Part shown: positions 18,898-27,742 of the stretch, in pieces
How the letters are laid out: each line of letters starts with the position of its first letter
Position numbering within the stretch: position 1 is the first letter of the stretch
Source: Pseudomonadota bacterium
GTDB lineage: Bacteria; Pseudomonadota; Gammaproteobacteria; JAKAQQ01
Length of the DNA: 64,000 nt
Direction: 5' to 3'
NCBI GenBank assembly: GCA_021798115.1
Contig: JAJZYM010000008.1
Location: forward strand, 3,709-67,708
The notes under the pieces: generated by a model
Databases searched by the model: none
What the model was told of the DNA's origin: nothing
The model's input: only the letters and a program-made list of their open reading frames with translations
Made by a program: the position numbers and the translations under genes

Positions 18898-21800
18898 ATG
18901 CGCCGCCGTTCCGTCTACTGGATTTTCGGGGCCTTTGCCGCCGTGGCTTTGCTGGCTGCAGGGGTTCTGGGATGGTACCCCCGGCCTCCCGCCGCCAAGC
19001 CTCCGACTCACGCCACCACGGTAGCCGTTCACCGCGTGCCATCGCCGTCAACCGGACGTGTAACGGCCATCCCGACCGTCAGCATGGATCGAGTATTGCC
19101 GGGATACGGTCACGACGCAGATGCCTTTGCCCGTAAACTCGAGAAAGCGGCGGCCGGACACGATTTCCGAGTCGTCGTGAAATCAAAGAAGCGGGCGATC
19201 GGGGCGGCGCTGAAAGAGTTGAACGCTGCAACCGCCAAAAGGCTTCACCTCGCTCTCGAGCGCTGGGAGGCGAAGCGACGGGCGCGAACGCTGGCCGCGG
19301 GACAGTCGGCGTTGGCGCATCGCGATTGGTCGCGTGCGCTACGCGCCTACGAGAAACGTGTTGCCATGGGTGACACGCACTCGCCCGTCGTCTGGTGGGG
19401 ATTGGCGCGATCCTTGGCGCATCAACGTGGCTTTGCGGACAAGGCCGTAGGGTACGCCGCCTATCTCAGCTACCGACACGCCGTGAAACTGACGCATCCC
19501 GATGTCGCGCTCTTGCGGCCGTCCCTGGATCTCTTGCGCCGATCCCTTGCCGCCCAGAAACAGTACGGCAGCGAAATTCGCCTTTTGCGGGCGATGCAGG
19601 CAGCCTACCCGAAAGACGACGCGTCCCTTCTCCGTCGTCTCAAAGCCGCCGTGGCCGCCTACGGCCTGCGTATCCAGCGCATCACCCAAGACGTGAATGT
19701 CTTCCCGACGCGCGTTTGCCTGCACTTCGTCGTCCCGCTATCCCGCTCCCCGGACTTTCATGCGAGCACGTGGGTGGAGATGATTCCGGCGCGTCCCCGC
19801 GTCGCCGTGGTGCGCGAAAACGGAGGAATCTGCATTCGCGGATTGCCGGCGGGCACCACGACGACCCTGCATATCCGGGCGGGTCTTCCCGCCGTCGCAG
19901 GGGTGAGTTTGGCCGAGCCGTTGTCGGTGCGGCTGAGCTTGCCGGACCGCGCCCCCCGCATCATCGTCGACACGGACCGCTTCATCCTCCCGGCAAGCCT
20001 TCCCCCGGCGGTGGGGTTCTCCAGTGTCAACATTTCGAAAGTTGACCTGCAGATCAATCGCGTACCCCAGCGGGCGCTCCTGGCTTTCGTCCGTGATCAC
20101 CCGCTATGGGATCAGTATGCCGCCTACCCGTCCACCCTGGATGGTCAGGACAGCGTGAGGGTCTGGCACGGCAGCGCCGCGGTGCCGCATTTCGTGCCCA
20201 ACCGTTTGATGCACACCATCCTGCCTTTGCCCCCCGCCCTCGCCAAACCGGGTCTCTACGCCATCCAGATTTCTCCCGGCGATGGCACACCCAATCCCTA
20301 CGGCAGCCTCGATCAGGTGCAGCTCGTCCTGCGCACAAATCTTGCCCCCACGGTCTGGCGGGGACGCAACGGTCTGACGGTACAGATCCGCCATTTCACC
20401 AACGCGTTGCCGTGGCCGGGCGTGCGGGTGAAGCTGATTGCCAAGGATAACGACGTCCTGGAAACGGCCCGCAGCAACGCCCAAGGCCTCGTCCACTTCG
20501 CCCAACCCATCCTGCAGGGAAGCGGCGGCCAGCGTCCCGCGGCTTTGCATTTCTACAGCCCGTACGGTGGATTCACGCTGTTCGATCTCCACGAGCCCGC
20601 GTTGAATCTCTCGGGACGCGGAATTTCCGGCCGCCCGTCCCTGCGACCGGTCAGCCCCTATCTTTGGCTGGACCGGGGGATTTACCGCCCGGGAGAGACG
20701 GTCCACGTCACCGCACTCTACCGAAGCGCCACGGGTCGGCCACTGAACCTTCCCCTCCACCTCATCGTTCGGCGTCCGGGCGGACAGGTCTTTCTGGACA
20801 CCGTTCCCCATTTGCACGACGACGACAGTATCGCCGTTCCGGTGCATCTCCCGGCTGCCGCGCAGGATGGCATCTGGAGTGTGAGTCTCGCCACGGGACG
20901 GCATCGACCCTCCCTGGCGAAGGCCACTTTTACCGTCGCCGCCTTCGTGCCGCCGAGCCTGGCCGTCCACCTCGGGGTGGCCCGCCCCCTCGCTCCCGGG
21001 AGCATCGATTACTGGCCCGTCACCGTACGCTATCTCTACGGCGCGCCGGGAGCGCATCTCGGCGGCCTTGCGCGCATCACGCTGCACAGCGCTCCCGTGC
21101 CCTATTCCCGATGGCGGAAATACCTGTTCGGGCTTTCGGGAGAGGTGGTCACGGCGCCGGCGCAAACCCCGACGTTGAGGGAGACCGACACCGCGGGACG
21201 GACCACCGTTCCGATCGATCTCCGTCAACTGCCCGACAGCACACGGTTCCTCCGGGTCCACGTTCAGGTTTTCGTCGACGAGCCGTCCGGGCGTGCCGTC
21301 GATCGCGGCATCTGGCTCCCGATCACCCCGGCGCACACCCTGATCGGGATCGCGGAAGGATTTCGTGACAAGACCGTGCCGAGCGGCCGGATTCCTCGCT
21401 TCCGGATCGTCGCCGTCGGCCCGCACGGGCGGGAAAGGGCAATGCCCGTAGAGATTCAAGTCGTTCGCCAGTCGCCGCAGTGGAGTGTCACCTTCCGCAA
21501 CGGGGTCGCCAGCTGGGGCTACAGCTACATCGACCGTCCGGTCCTCAGGCGTCGGGTGACGTTGCCGGCCGCCTCGCCTTACCGGTTGCACCTGCCGGTC
21601 CTGCCGTACGGCCGCTACCGGCTGCGGGTGACGGCGACGGGCCACAGCCTGGCGGCGAGCTCCGTGATCTTCTACTCCGGCTGGCAGGTCAGCGATCGCG
21701 TCGGGGTGCCGCAACGGGTCTCCGTACGCAGCAATGCTAAAACATACGCCGCGGGAAGCCGGGCACGGATCCACGTCTCGGCCCCTTTCGCCGGCCCCGC

Positions 21801-24294
21801 GGTCCTGGTCCTCGCCAACGACCGAATTCTGTCGGTCCGTGATTTCTTCTTGCCGCCCGTGGGGACGACCCTGACCCTGCGGGTGCGCCGCCGCTGGGGG
21901 GCGGGGGCCTACGCCGTGGTCGACGTCTTCCGCCCGGCGTCGGCGACACAGGCTCCCGAAAGAGCCCTCGGACTGACGTGGCTCGGGCTCGAGCCCGGAA
22001 ACCGCACCATTCGCCTGCGCCTTGCCGTCCCCAAGGTCTACCGCCCCCGCGAGCGAATCACGGTCCCGGTGCACACCCGCCCGGGCGCCTACGTGACGCT
22101 GGCGGCGGTCGATCAGGGCATTCTCAATCTCACACAATTTCCGAACCCCAATCCTCTGCGCCACTTTTTTGGGAAGCGCCGTCTGGACGTTCGGGTGCTG
22201 GACGAGTACGGCGCGCTCCTCGCCCGACCCGAAGGCTACGAGACACTCCTGGACAACGGCGCAGGGGCAAACTTCGGTCCGGCGGTGCGGCCGATCCCGC
22301 AAAAAGTGGTGGCCTTGTTCGCGGGTCCGGTCCGGGCCGACGGCCGGGGGATCGCACGTCTCTCCCTCAAGCTGCCGGAGTTCGACGGGGAGCTTCACCT
22401 CATGGCCGTGACCTGGAAGGGCGACGCGGTCGGGGCCGCACACACCAACATTCGGGTGCGCAATCGCCTCGTTGCCAAACTCCTCCTGCCGCGTTTTCTG
22501 GCACCCGGAGACGAGGCCCAGGCGGCGGTGATGCTGCAGAACCTCAAGCTTCCCACCGGCCTTTACCGTGCAGTCGTCCGCGCCACCGCTCCCGTGAAGA
22601 TCGGGAAGGGAGGGCGCGATTCCCTCACCCTCGCGCCCGGGGCCGTGCACCTCCTCCCGGTCAGCCTGAAGGGAACCGGCGAGGGGACGGCGCACCTCAC
22701 CCTGGCGGTCACGGGACCCCAAAATTATCGCCTGGTCCGTCACTGGTCACTGGTCGTCCATTCCCCGCAGTTTCCGACGACCACGGTGCGCCGTTACCTG
22801 CTGGGCCCAGGCGCCCGGCGAGAGCTGCGTCCGGACACGGCGCCGTTCGTTCCCGGATCGGTCCACACCTCGGTGACTTTGGGGAACACCTTGCCCTTCA
22901 ACCCCAAAGCCTACGCGCAGGCGCTCTACGACGGCTGGCACAGCCCCGATCTCTTGACGATCGTCAGCGAGGGGATGCCGTTGACGGTGCTCCGACCGCC
23001 CCTCGTTTCGCCGCAATGGGAAGCGAAACTCCAGCACGACGTCGACACCGTGCTCAACTTCCAGCGCTACGACGGCGCTTTTGGCTTCTGGTCCAGCGAA
23101 GGAAGAGGCCAACCCTGGTTGAGCGCCTACGCGACGGAATTTTTGCTTCACGCACGGGCCGCCGGTGCGACGGTGCCCGAGGCCCCGGTCCATCAGGCTC
23201 TTCGCTGGTTGGAGCGCGAAGTCGAGAATACCAATCACGGCGTCGCCGACCGGATTTACGCCGCCTACGATTTGAGCCTCGCCGGGCACCCGCCGACCGG
23301 GGCGATTCGTCTTCTGGCCCAGCACTTGAAGAACATGTCCCTGCCGCTGCCGCTTGCCCAACTGGGCGCTTCCCTGGCGGTCATTGGGGAACGGCACGAC
23401 GCGCTGCGCACGCTCCGTCGGGCCCTCGACATGCACGCCCCGCAAGGGCATCAGTGGTGGGGCCAAAGCGATTGGGCCGCCGAGTTTGGATCGCCCCTGC
23501 GCGATGCCTGGGCGGTCCCCACCGTGGTGGCGCAGACGGGTTTGCTGCCGCAGCTCCTGCCCCGTTTGCGTCAGGACCTCCCGGGCCGGGGTTTGCAGGC
23601 GGAGGGATTGACGACGCAGGACCTCTCCTGGGCCCTGTACGCCGAGGGCGTGCTCGCCGGACGACCGGGGAAGGTGGACATCGAGTGGGGCCGCGAACAC
23701 ATCCAGAAAACCGGCCCGGTGGTGCGGCCGCTTCAAGGGCGCATCCTCGTGCGTAACCGCGGAACGCGGGTGCTGCCCGTGTCCATCGTGATCACCGGGA
23801 TCCCGCGCGCGACGCCCCCCGCCGCGAGCCACGGCCTGACCATCCGACGGCAATTCTTCGATCTCGCCGGCACGCCCATGTCCCCGGCCCGCCTCCGGCA
23901 AAACCGGTTCGTCGTCGTCGTCTTGCAGGGCAAGATCACCGACGGACTTCCCCACCGGGCGCTCGTCGACATGGGCCTTCCGCCCGGTTGGGAGCTGGCG
24001 GGAAGCGTGTCTCCCGGCCGGGTCCCTCATCTGTCCTGGCTGCATCACCTGAGCACGCCCGAGGCGACCGTGGCGACGGACGATCGCTACGAAGCGGCGC
24101 TCGATCTCGCTCCGAAATCCGTCGACGCGTTTGAGGGCCGCGGCACACCGACCTTCAAGATTGCCGTCCTGCTCCGGGCGGTGACCCCCGGCACGTACAC
24201 GCTTCCCGGCGTGCGCGTGAGCGACCTCTTTCATCCGAGCGTCTACGCGCAAACCTCGGGGCGAACGATCCGGGTGACGGCTTCGCACCCCTGA
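18898..24294 (+). CDS. Bacterial alpha-2-macroglobulin family protein (YfhM/ECAM-like), apparently thioester-less, N-terminal membrane anchor
   Basis: This 1798-aa protein lies immediately upstream of pbpC, the classic A2M-PBP1C pairing. It has an N-terminal hydrophobic anchor (WIFGAFAAVALLAAGVLGW). The translation contains only two Cys and no CxEQ motif. Confidence 0.85.
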   Translation: MRRRSVYWIFGAFAAVALLAAGVLGWYPRPPAAKPPTHATTVAVHRVPSPSTGRVTAIPTVSMDRVLPGYGHDADAFARKLEKAAAGHDFRVVVKSKKRAIGAALKELNAATAKRLHLALERWEAKRRARTLAAGQSALAHRDWSRALRAYEKRVAMGDTHSPVVWWGLARSLAHQRGFADKAVGYAAYLSYRHAVKLTHPDVALLRPSLDLLRRSLAAQKQYGSEIRLLRAMQAAYPKDDASLLRRLKAAVAAYGLRIQRITQDVNVFPTRVCLHFVVPLSRSPDFHASTWVEMIPARPRVAVVRENGGICIRGLPAGTTTTLHIRAGLPAVAGVSLAEPLSVRLSLPDRAPRIIVDTDRFILPASLPPAVGFSSVNISKVDLQINRVPQRALLAFVRDHPLWDQYAAYPSTLDGQDSVRVWHGSAAVPHFVPNRLMHTILPLPPALAKPGLYAIQISPGDGTPNPYGSLDQVQLVLRTNLAPTVWRGRNGLTVQIRHFTNALPWPGVRVKLIAKDNDVLETARSNAQGLVHFAQPILQGSGGQRPAALHFYSPYGGFTLFDLHEPALNLSGRGISGRPSLRPVSPYLWLDRGIYRPGETVHVTALYRSATGRPLNLPLHLIVRRPGGQVFLDTVPHLHDDDSIAVPVHLPAAAQDGIWSVSLATGRHRPSLAKATFTVAAFVPPSLAVHLGVARPLAPGSIDYWPVTVRYLYGAPGAHLGGLARITLHSAPVPYSRWRKYLFGLSGEVVTAPAQTPTLRETDTAGRTTVPIDLRQLPDSTRFLRVHVQVFVDEPSGRAVDRGIWLPITPAHTLIGIAEGFRDKTVPSGRIPRFRIVAVGPHGRERAMPVEIQVVRQSPQWSVTFRNGVASWGYSYIDRPVLRRRVTLPAASPYRLHLPVLPYGRYRLRVTATGHSLAASSVIFYSGWQVSDRVGVPQRVSVRSNAKTYAAGSRARIHVSAPFAGPAVLVLANDRILSVRDFFLPPVGTTLTLRVRRRWGAGAYAVVDVFRPASATQAPERALGLTWLGLEPGNRTIRLRLAVPKVYRPRERITVPVHTRPGAYVTLAAVDQGILNLTQFPNPNPLRHFFGKRRLDVRVLDEYGALLARPEGYETLLDNGAGANFGPAVRPIPQKVVALFAGPVRADGRGIARLSLKLPEFDGELHLMAVTWKGDAVGAAHTNIRVRNRLVAKLLLPRFLAPGDEAQAAVMLQNLKLPTGLYRAVVRATAPVKIGKGGRDSLTLAPGAVHLLPVSLKGTGEGTAHLTLAVTGPQNYRLVRHWSLVVHSPQFPTTTVRRYLLGPGARRELRPDTAPFVPGSVHTSVTLGNTLPFNPKAYAQALYDGWHSPDLLTIVSEGMPLTVLRPPLVSPQWEAKLQHDVDTVLNFQRYDGAFGFWSSEGRGQPWLSAYATEFLLHARAAGATVPEAPVHQALRWLEREVENTNHGVADRIYAAYDLSLAGHPPTGAIRLLAQHLKNMSLPLPLAQLGASLAVIGERHDALRTLRRALDMHAPQGHQWWGQSDWAAEFGSPLRDAWAVPTVVAQTGLLPQLLPRLRQDLPGRGLQAEGLTTQDLSWALYAEGVLAGRPGKVDIEWGREHIQKTGPVVRPLQGRILVRNRGTRVLPVSIVITGIPRATPPAASHGLTIRRQFFDLAGTPMSPARLRQNRFVVVVLQGKITDGLPHRALVDMGLPPGWELAGSVSPGRVPHLSWLHHLSTPEATVATDDRYEAALDLAPKSVDAFEGRGTPTFKIAVLLRAVTPGTYTLPGVRVSDLFHPSVYAQTSGRTIRVTASHP

Positions 24295-24301
24295 GGGGAC
24301 G

Positions 24302-26365
24302 GTGATGGGCAGGCTCGAGCGTGGGTGGTCCGGCGGGCGCTTTCCCCGCGTGCGGCGCGTGGGCCTTGGGGTTCTCTTTCTGACCCTCGCCGTGTTCGGG
24401 CTGGCTTGGTTCATGCCGCCGAGCACCCGCGTCTTCCGCGCGGCCGGACGCATCGTCTACGACCGGCGCGGGCACGTCCTCGCCATGTTCATCAACCGGG
24501 ACCAACAGTGGGTCTTTCCGACACCGGCCGGAAAAGTCAGTCCGGTTTTTTTGCGGATGCTGGTCGCGGTCGAGGATCGCCACTTCTGGTGGGATCCCGG
24601 CGTCGATCCGCTCGCCATCGTGCGCGCGACGATCCAGATGATTCTCGCGGGACACGTCGTATCCGGAGCCTCCACCCTCACCATGCAGGTGACACGGATG
24701 CTCCACCCGCTGCCGCGCACCGTGCCGGTCAAGATTCTCGAGGCTCTCCAGGCCATCTCCCTGTTTGAGCACCATTCCAAAAGCCGCGTGCTCGAGATGT
24801 GGCTGTCTCTCGCGCCCGAGGGCGGCAACATCGAGGGGATCGAGGCGGCGGCACACGCGTGGTTCAACCGCTCACCACGGGCCCTGAGCCCCGCCCAGGC
24901 GGCCTTTCTGATCATGCTGGTTCGCAATCCCAACCGCCTTGATCCCCTGATCCACCCGCGCGCGGCCCTCGCGACCCGCAACCGGGTCCTGCGTGAGTGC
25001 TGGCGTCAGGGGGTGATTTCCCACGCCGCCCTGGTGCGTGCCCTGGCCACTCCTCTGCCCACACGTTTGTACCCCTTACCGTTGTGGTCTCCCCAGGCCC
25101 TCCAGACGCTGCCGAGCGGAACGCGAACGACGATCAACCGAGGCCTGGACCGGGCCATCGCGCGTATCGCGCGACAGGCCTTGTCACAGATGGAGCTCCA
25201 CGAGAGCATGGCCATTCTGGTCGCGAGCCTGCGCACGGACGGAATTCGTGCCATCTACAGCGGCCCGTGGGGTGACGTGGCTCGCAACGGATATCTGGAC
25301 ATGACCCGCGCGCTGCGCTCTCCGGGGTCGGCGTTGAAGCCTTTCCTCTACGGCCTGAGTTTCGAGGCGGGTCTTGTGCGACCGACCACGGAACTCGCCG
25401 ACTTCCCGAGCAATTTCGGGAGTTACGAGCCCAACGACTACGGCGACCGCTACCTGGGCACCGTCACGGCCACCACCGCCCTGCGGCGTTCGTTGAACGT
25501 TCCGGCCGTGGATCTCATCCAGGCCTACGGGCCGCTGCGCTTTGCGGCGCACCTTGCGGCGGCCGGCACCCCTGTCGCCCTCCCCTACGGGGCCGATCCC
25601 GCCTTGCCCCTGGCCCTCGGCGGTGCCGGGATCACCCTGCGGCGACTCGTCGCCCTCTACGCGGGGCTGGCAACCGGCGGGGTCGTCGAGCGTTTGCATA
25701 TAGTCGCCGGACAACGGCGCAAGCGGCGGCGTCTTCTCTCGCCTTTTGCGGCGCGGGAGGTGACCGCCATCCTGAACCGCCCCTTTCCCTTCGGGGGGCC
25801 GCCGGGCATTGCCTGGAAGACGGGAACGAGCGCCGGCAATCGTGACGACTGGGCGATTGGCTTCAATCACCGCTACGTCGCGGCGGTCTGGATTGGGCAG
25901 CCCGACGGTGCCGCGTTGCCGGGCGACACGGCTCTCGCCGCCATTCCGATCCTGGCCAAAGTCTTTAGCCTCCTGCCCGGGCGCCCCATTCTCGAGACCC
26001 CTTCGGATCACCCCCTGACGCTGCGGCGTCAAGCCCGGGGGACAACCCTCGAGATCGCCAGCCCCGCCGCCGACGCCACCTTGCCCGTCGGAGAGCCTGT
26101 CAGCATTCACATACTTGGGGGATCGCGCCCATTGCATTTTTTGATCGATGGAAAACCACTGGTCTCCAATCCAAACCTTCGGAGCGTGCGCTGGACTCCC
26201 AAGAGTCCCGGCTTTTACCGTTTGAGTGTGTTGGACGCTCGTGGACGTTTGGTGCGGCGGACTCTACGAGTGGCTCCCACGGTATCCTCCGCAGCGGTGG
26301 AATGGGGTGATCATGTAGTTCAGAAATCAGTGGAGCCACACGGGCACGATGTGCCTGCTGGGTAG
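24302..26365 (+). CDS. pbpC: Penicillin-binding protein 1C (transglycosylase + transpeptidase)
   Basis: The GT51 motifs EDRHFWWDPGVD and GASTLTMQ are present. The transpeptidase motifs SALK (SxxK) and KTGTS are present. The gene starts 8 nt after the A2M stop. Confidence 0.85.
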   Translation: MMGRLERGWSGGRFPRVRRVGLGVLFLTLAVFGLAWFMPPSTRVFRAAGRIVYDRRGHVLAMFINRDQQWVFPTPAGKVSPVFLRMLVAVEDRHFWWDPGVDPLAIVRATIQMILAGHVVSGASTLTMQVTRMLHPLPRTVPVKILEALQAISLFEHHSKSRVLEMWLSLAPEGGNIEGIEAAAHAWFNRSPRALSPAQAAFLIMLVRNPNRLDPLIHPRAALATRNRVLRECWRQGVISHAALVRALATPLPTRLYPLPLWSPQALQTLPSGTRTTINRGLDRAIARIARQALSQMELHESMAILVASLRTDGIRAIYSGPWGDVARNGYLDMTRALRSPGSALKPFLYGLSFEAGLVRPTTELADFPSNFGSYEPNDYGDRYLGTVTATTALRRSLNVPAVDLIQAYGPLRFAAHLAAAGTPVALPYGADPALPLALGGAGITLRRLVALYAGLATGGVVERLHIVAGQRRKRRRLLSPFAAREVTAILNRPFPFGGPPGIAWKTGTSAGNRDDWAIGFNHRYVAAVWIGQPDGAALPGDTALAAIPILAKVFSLLPGRPILETPSDHPLTLRRQARGTTLEIASPAADATLPVGEPVSIHILGGSRPLHFLIDGKPLVSNPNLRSVRWTPKSPGFYRLSVLDARGRLVRRTLRVAPTVSSAAVEWGDHVVQKSVEPHGHDVPAG

Positions 26366-26377
26366 TGTACGGACTTG

Positions 26378-26932
26378 TGTGCAAATTCAGAGGTCATGGT
26401 ATGAGGGAGGTTGGATCAACCCCATGTCCTGAGGAGGGACCCTACCATGACCGTGAAGAAGCTCCGCAATGCGCTGGATGACCTACCCCGTAAGGCCGAC
26501 GACGACTGTCTTCAGGAGCTGCGCTGGCTGTACGACCGACGGGATCTCGCGGAGGCCCAACGCGATCTGGCGGCGTGGCTGACGAAGTGGTCGACGAAAT
26601 ACCCCAAGCTCACGAACGAGGTCGAGGATCCTATCGGTGAGACGCTGACCTTCTACCGGCTCCCCCGGGCCCACCACAAGCCTCTGAAGAGCACGAACAT
26701 GCTGGAGCGTTTGAACGAGGAGATCAAGCACCGCACCCGGGTGGTGCGGATCTTCCCCCATGCCGAGTCCTGCCTGCGTCTGGTGCGCGCCCTGTGTGTC
26801 GAGATTCCTGAAGCCCGGCTTGAGGACAATCGCTACCTCAACAGGAATCTCTTGAAAGAGCAGCGCCGCGAGCGGCTGCGGGCGGCGGCCTGATGAAATC
26901 CTCCCTCATGCCCGGAAGGAATTTGCACAACT
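26378..26932. mobile_element. Miniature IS256-family-derived element (internally deleted IS) bounded by ~33-bp imperfect terminal inverted repeats
   Basis: The left inverted repeat is tgtgcaaattcagaggtcatggtatgagggagg. The reverse complement of the right inverted repeat is tgtgcaaattccttccgggcatgagggaggat, so the outer 11 bp and an inner 10 bp are identical. Only a transposase C-terminal fragment remains inside. Confidence 0.55.
26411..26893 (+). pseudogene. IS256/Mutator-family transposase, C-terminal fragment only
   Basis: LTFYRLPRAHHKPLKSTNMLERLNEEIKHRTRVVRIFPHAESCLRLVRAL matches the conserved C-terminal block of IS256 transposases. The DDE N-terminal two-thirds is absent. Confidence 0.65.
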
Positions 26933-27048
26933 TGACAGACACAACCAGTCTACAGGGACGATAAGGCCCGACACCACGGCTCGAACTTATCACTCTCAGT
27001 GTTGCGGGATCAGGATAGGACAATGGCAAAAGAGTAACTATTAATTCT

Positions 27049-27132
27049 TGGTGCCCAGGGCGGGATTCGAACCCGCACGACTTGCGTCGAGGGATTTTAA
27101 GTCCCTTGCGTCTACCGTTCCGCCACCCGGGC
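27049..27132 (-). tRNA. tRNA-Leu (anticodon TAA), intact
   Basis: GCCCGGGTGGCGGAACGGTAGACGCAAGGGACTTAAAATCCCTCGACGCAAGTCGTGCGGGTTCGAATCCCGCCCTGGGCACCA. It has a long variable arm, a paired acceptor stem, and lies directly downstream of pgsA as does E. coli leuZ. Confidence 0.85.
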
Positions 27133-27160
27133 ACATTCCTCTGTACTCATCCCTTCTCCA

Positions 27161-27742
27161 TTAGACGCTCTTTTTGCCGTGAAAGCCGTGACGCAGGAAC
27201 ATCCAGGACGCAAGGAGATAGGACATCCCCGACCACAGGGTGAGAACAACCGACACATAAAGAAGCGCAATCCCAACCCGGTCGAGAAACGGGCCCGGGT
27301 GGGCGAGCAGCGTGACGAGCGCGACCATCTGGACGGCCGTCTTGACCTTGGCGAGGAGACTCACCCGCACGGTTCCGGACGCTCCCGCCCCGGCCATCCA
27401 TTCCCGGAGTCCGGCGATGATGAGCTCGCGACTCACGATGACGAGAGCGGCAAAGAAAAGAAGAAATGTCGGCTGGCGCAGGAGAAGGAGAAGAAGCGCC
27501 GCGGTCACCATGAGTTTGTCGGCGATCGGATCGACGACGGCGCCGAAGCGGCTGGTCGATCCCCAGCGGCGTGCGAGCGCCCCGTCGAGCCCGTCGGTCA
27601 CGGCCGCAAGCGCAAAGACCGTCGCGGCAAGGGGTCCCGCCCATCCCGGAGAGGCGAGGAAATCCACCGCCAGGAAGACCGGCACGAGAAGGATCCGTAG
27701 CAGCGTGAGAAGATTCGGAAGGCTAGGCGGGCGGCTCGTCAT
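27161..27742 (-). CDS. pgsA: CDP-diacylglycerol--glycerol-3-phosphate 3-phosphatidyltransferase
   Basis: MTSRPPSLPNLLTLLRILLVPVF...AAVTDGLDGALARRWGSTSRFGAVVDPIADK is the CDP-alcohol phosphatidyltransferase signature. The protein is 194 aa and its start overlaps the uvrC stop by 20 nt. Confidence 0.85.
   Translation of the reverse strand: MTSRPPSLPNLLTLLRILLVPVFLAVDFLASPGWAGPLAATVFALAAVTDGLDGALARRWGSTSRFGAVVDPIADKLMVTAALLLLLLRQPTFLLFFAALVIVSRELIIAGLREWMAGAGASGTVRVSLLAKVKTAVQMVALVTLLAHPGPFLDRVGIALLYVSVVLTLWSGMSYLLASWMFLRHGFHGKKSV

Noticed and set aside
20104-24453. 879-aa and 568-aa ORFs antisense to the alpha-2-macroglobulin gene
   Set aside because: They are antisense to a 1798-aa gene with a clear family assignment. 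Their Arg/Gly-rich junk translations are high-GC artefacts.
11378-27132. Interpreting the block between the two tRNA-Leu copies as a classical tRNA-integrated genomic island
   Set aside because: No integrase or recombinase gene is present. The duplicated sequence is an entire diverged tRNA plus upstream genes (uvrC'/pgsA'), not a short 3' att core. The cargo (opgGH, A2M-pbpC) is core envelope machinery. A segmental duplication or rearrangement is the better reading, although the 13-bp repeat at the tRNA' end keeps integration and excision history possible.
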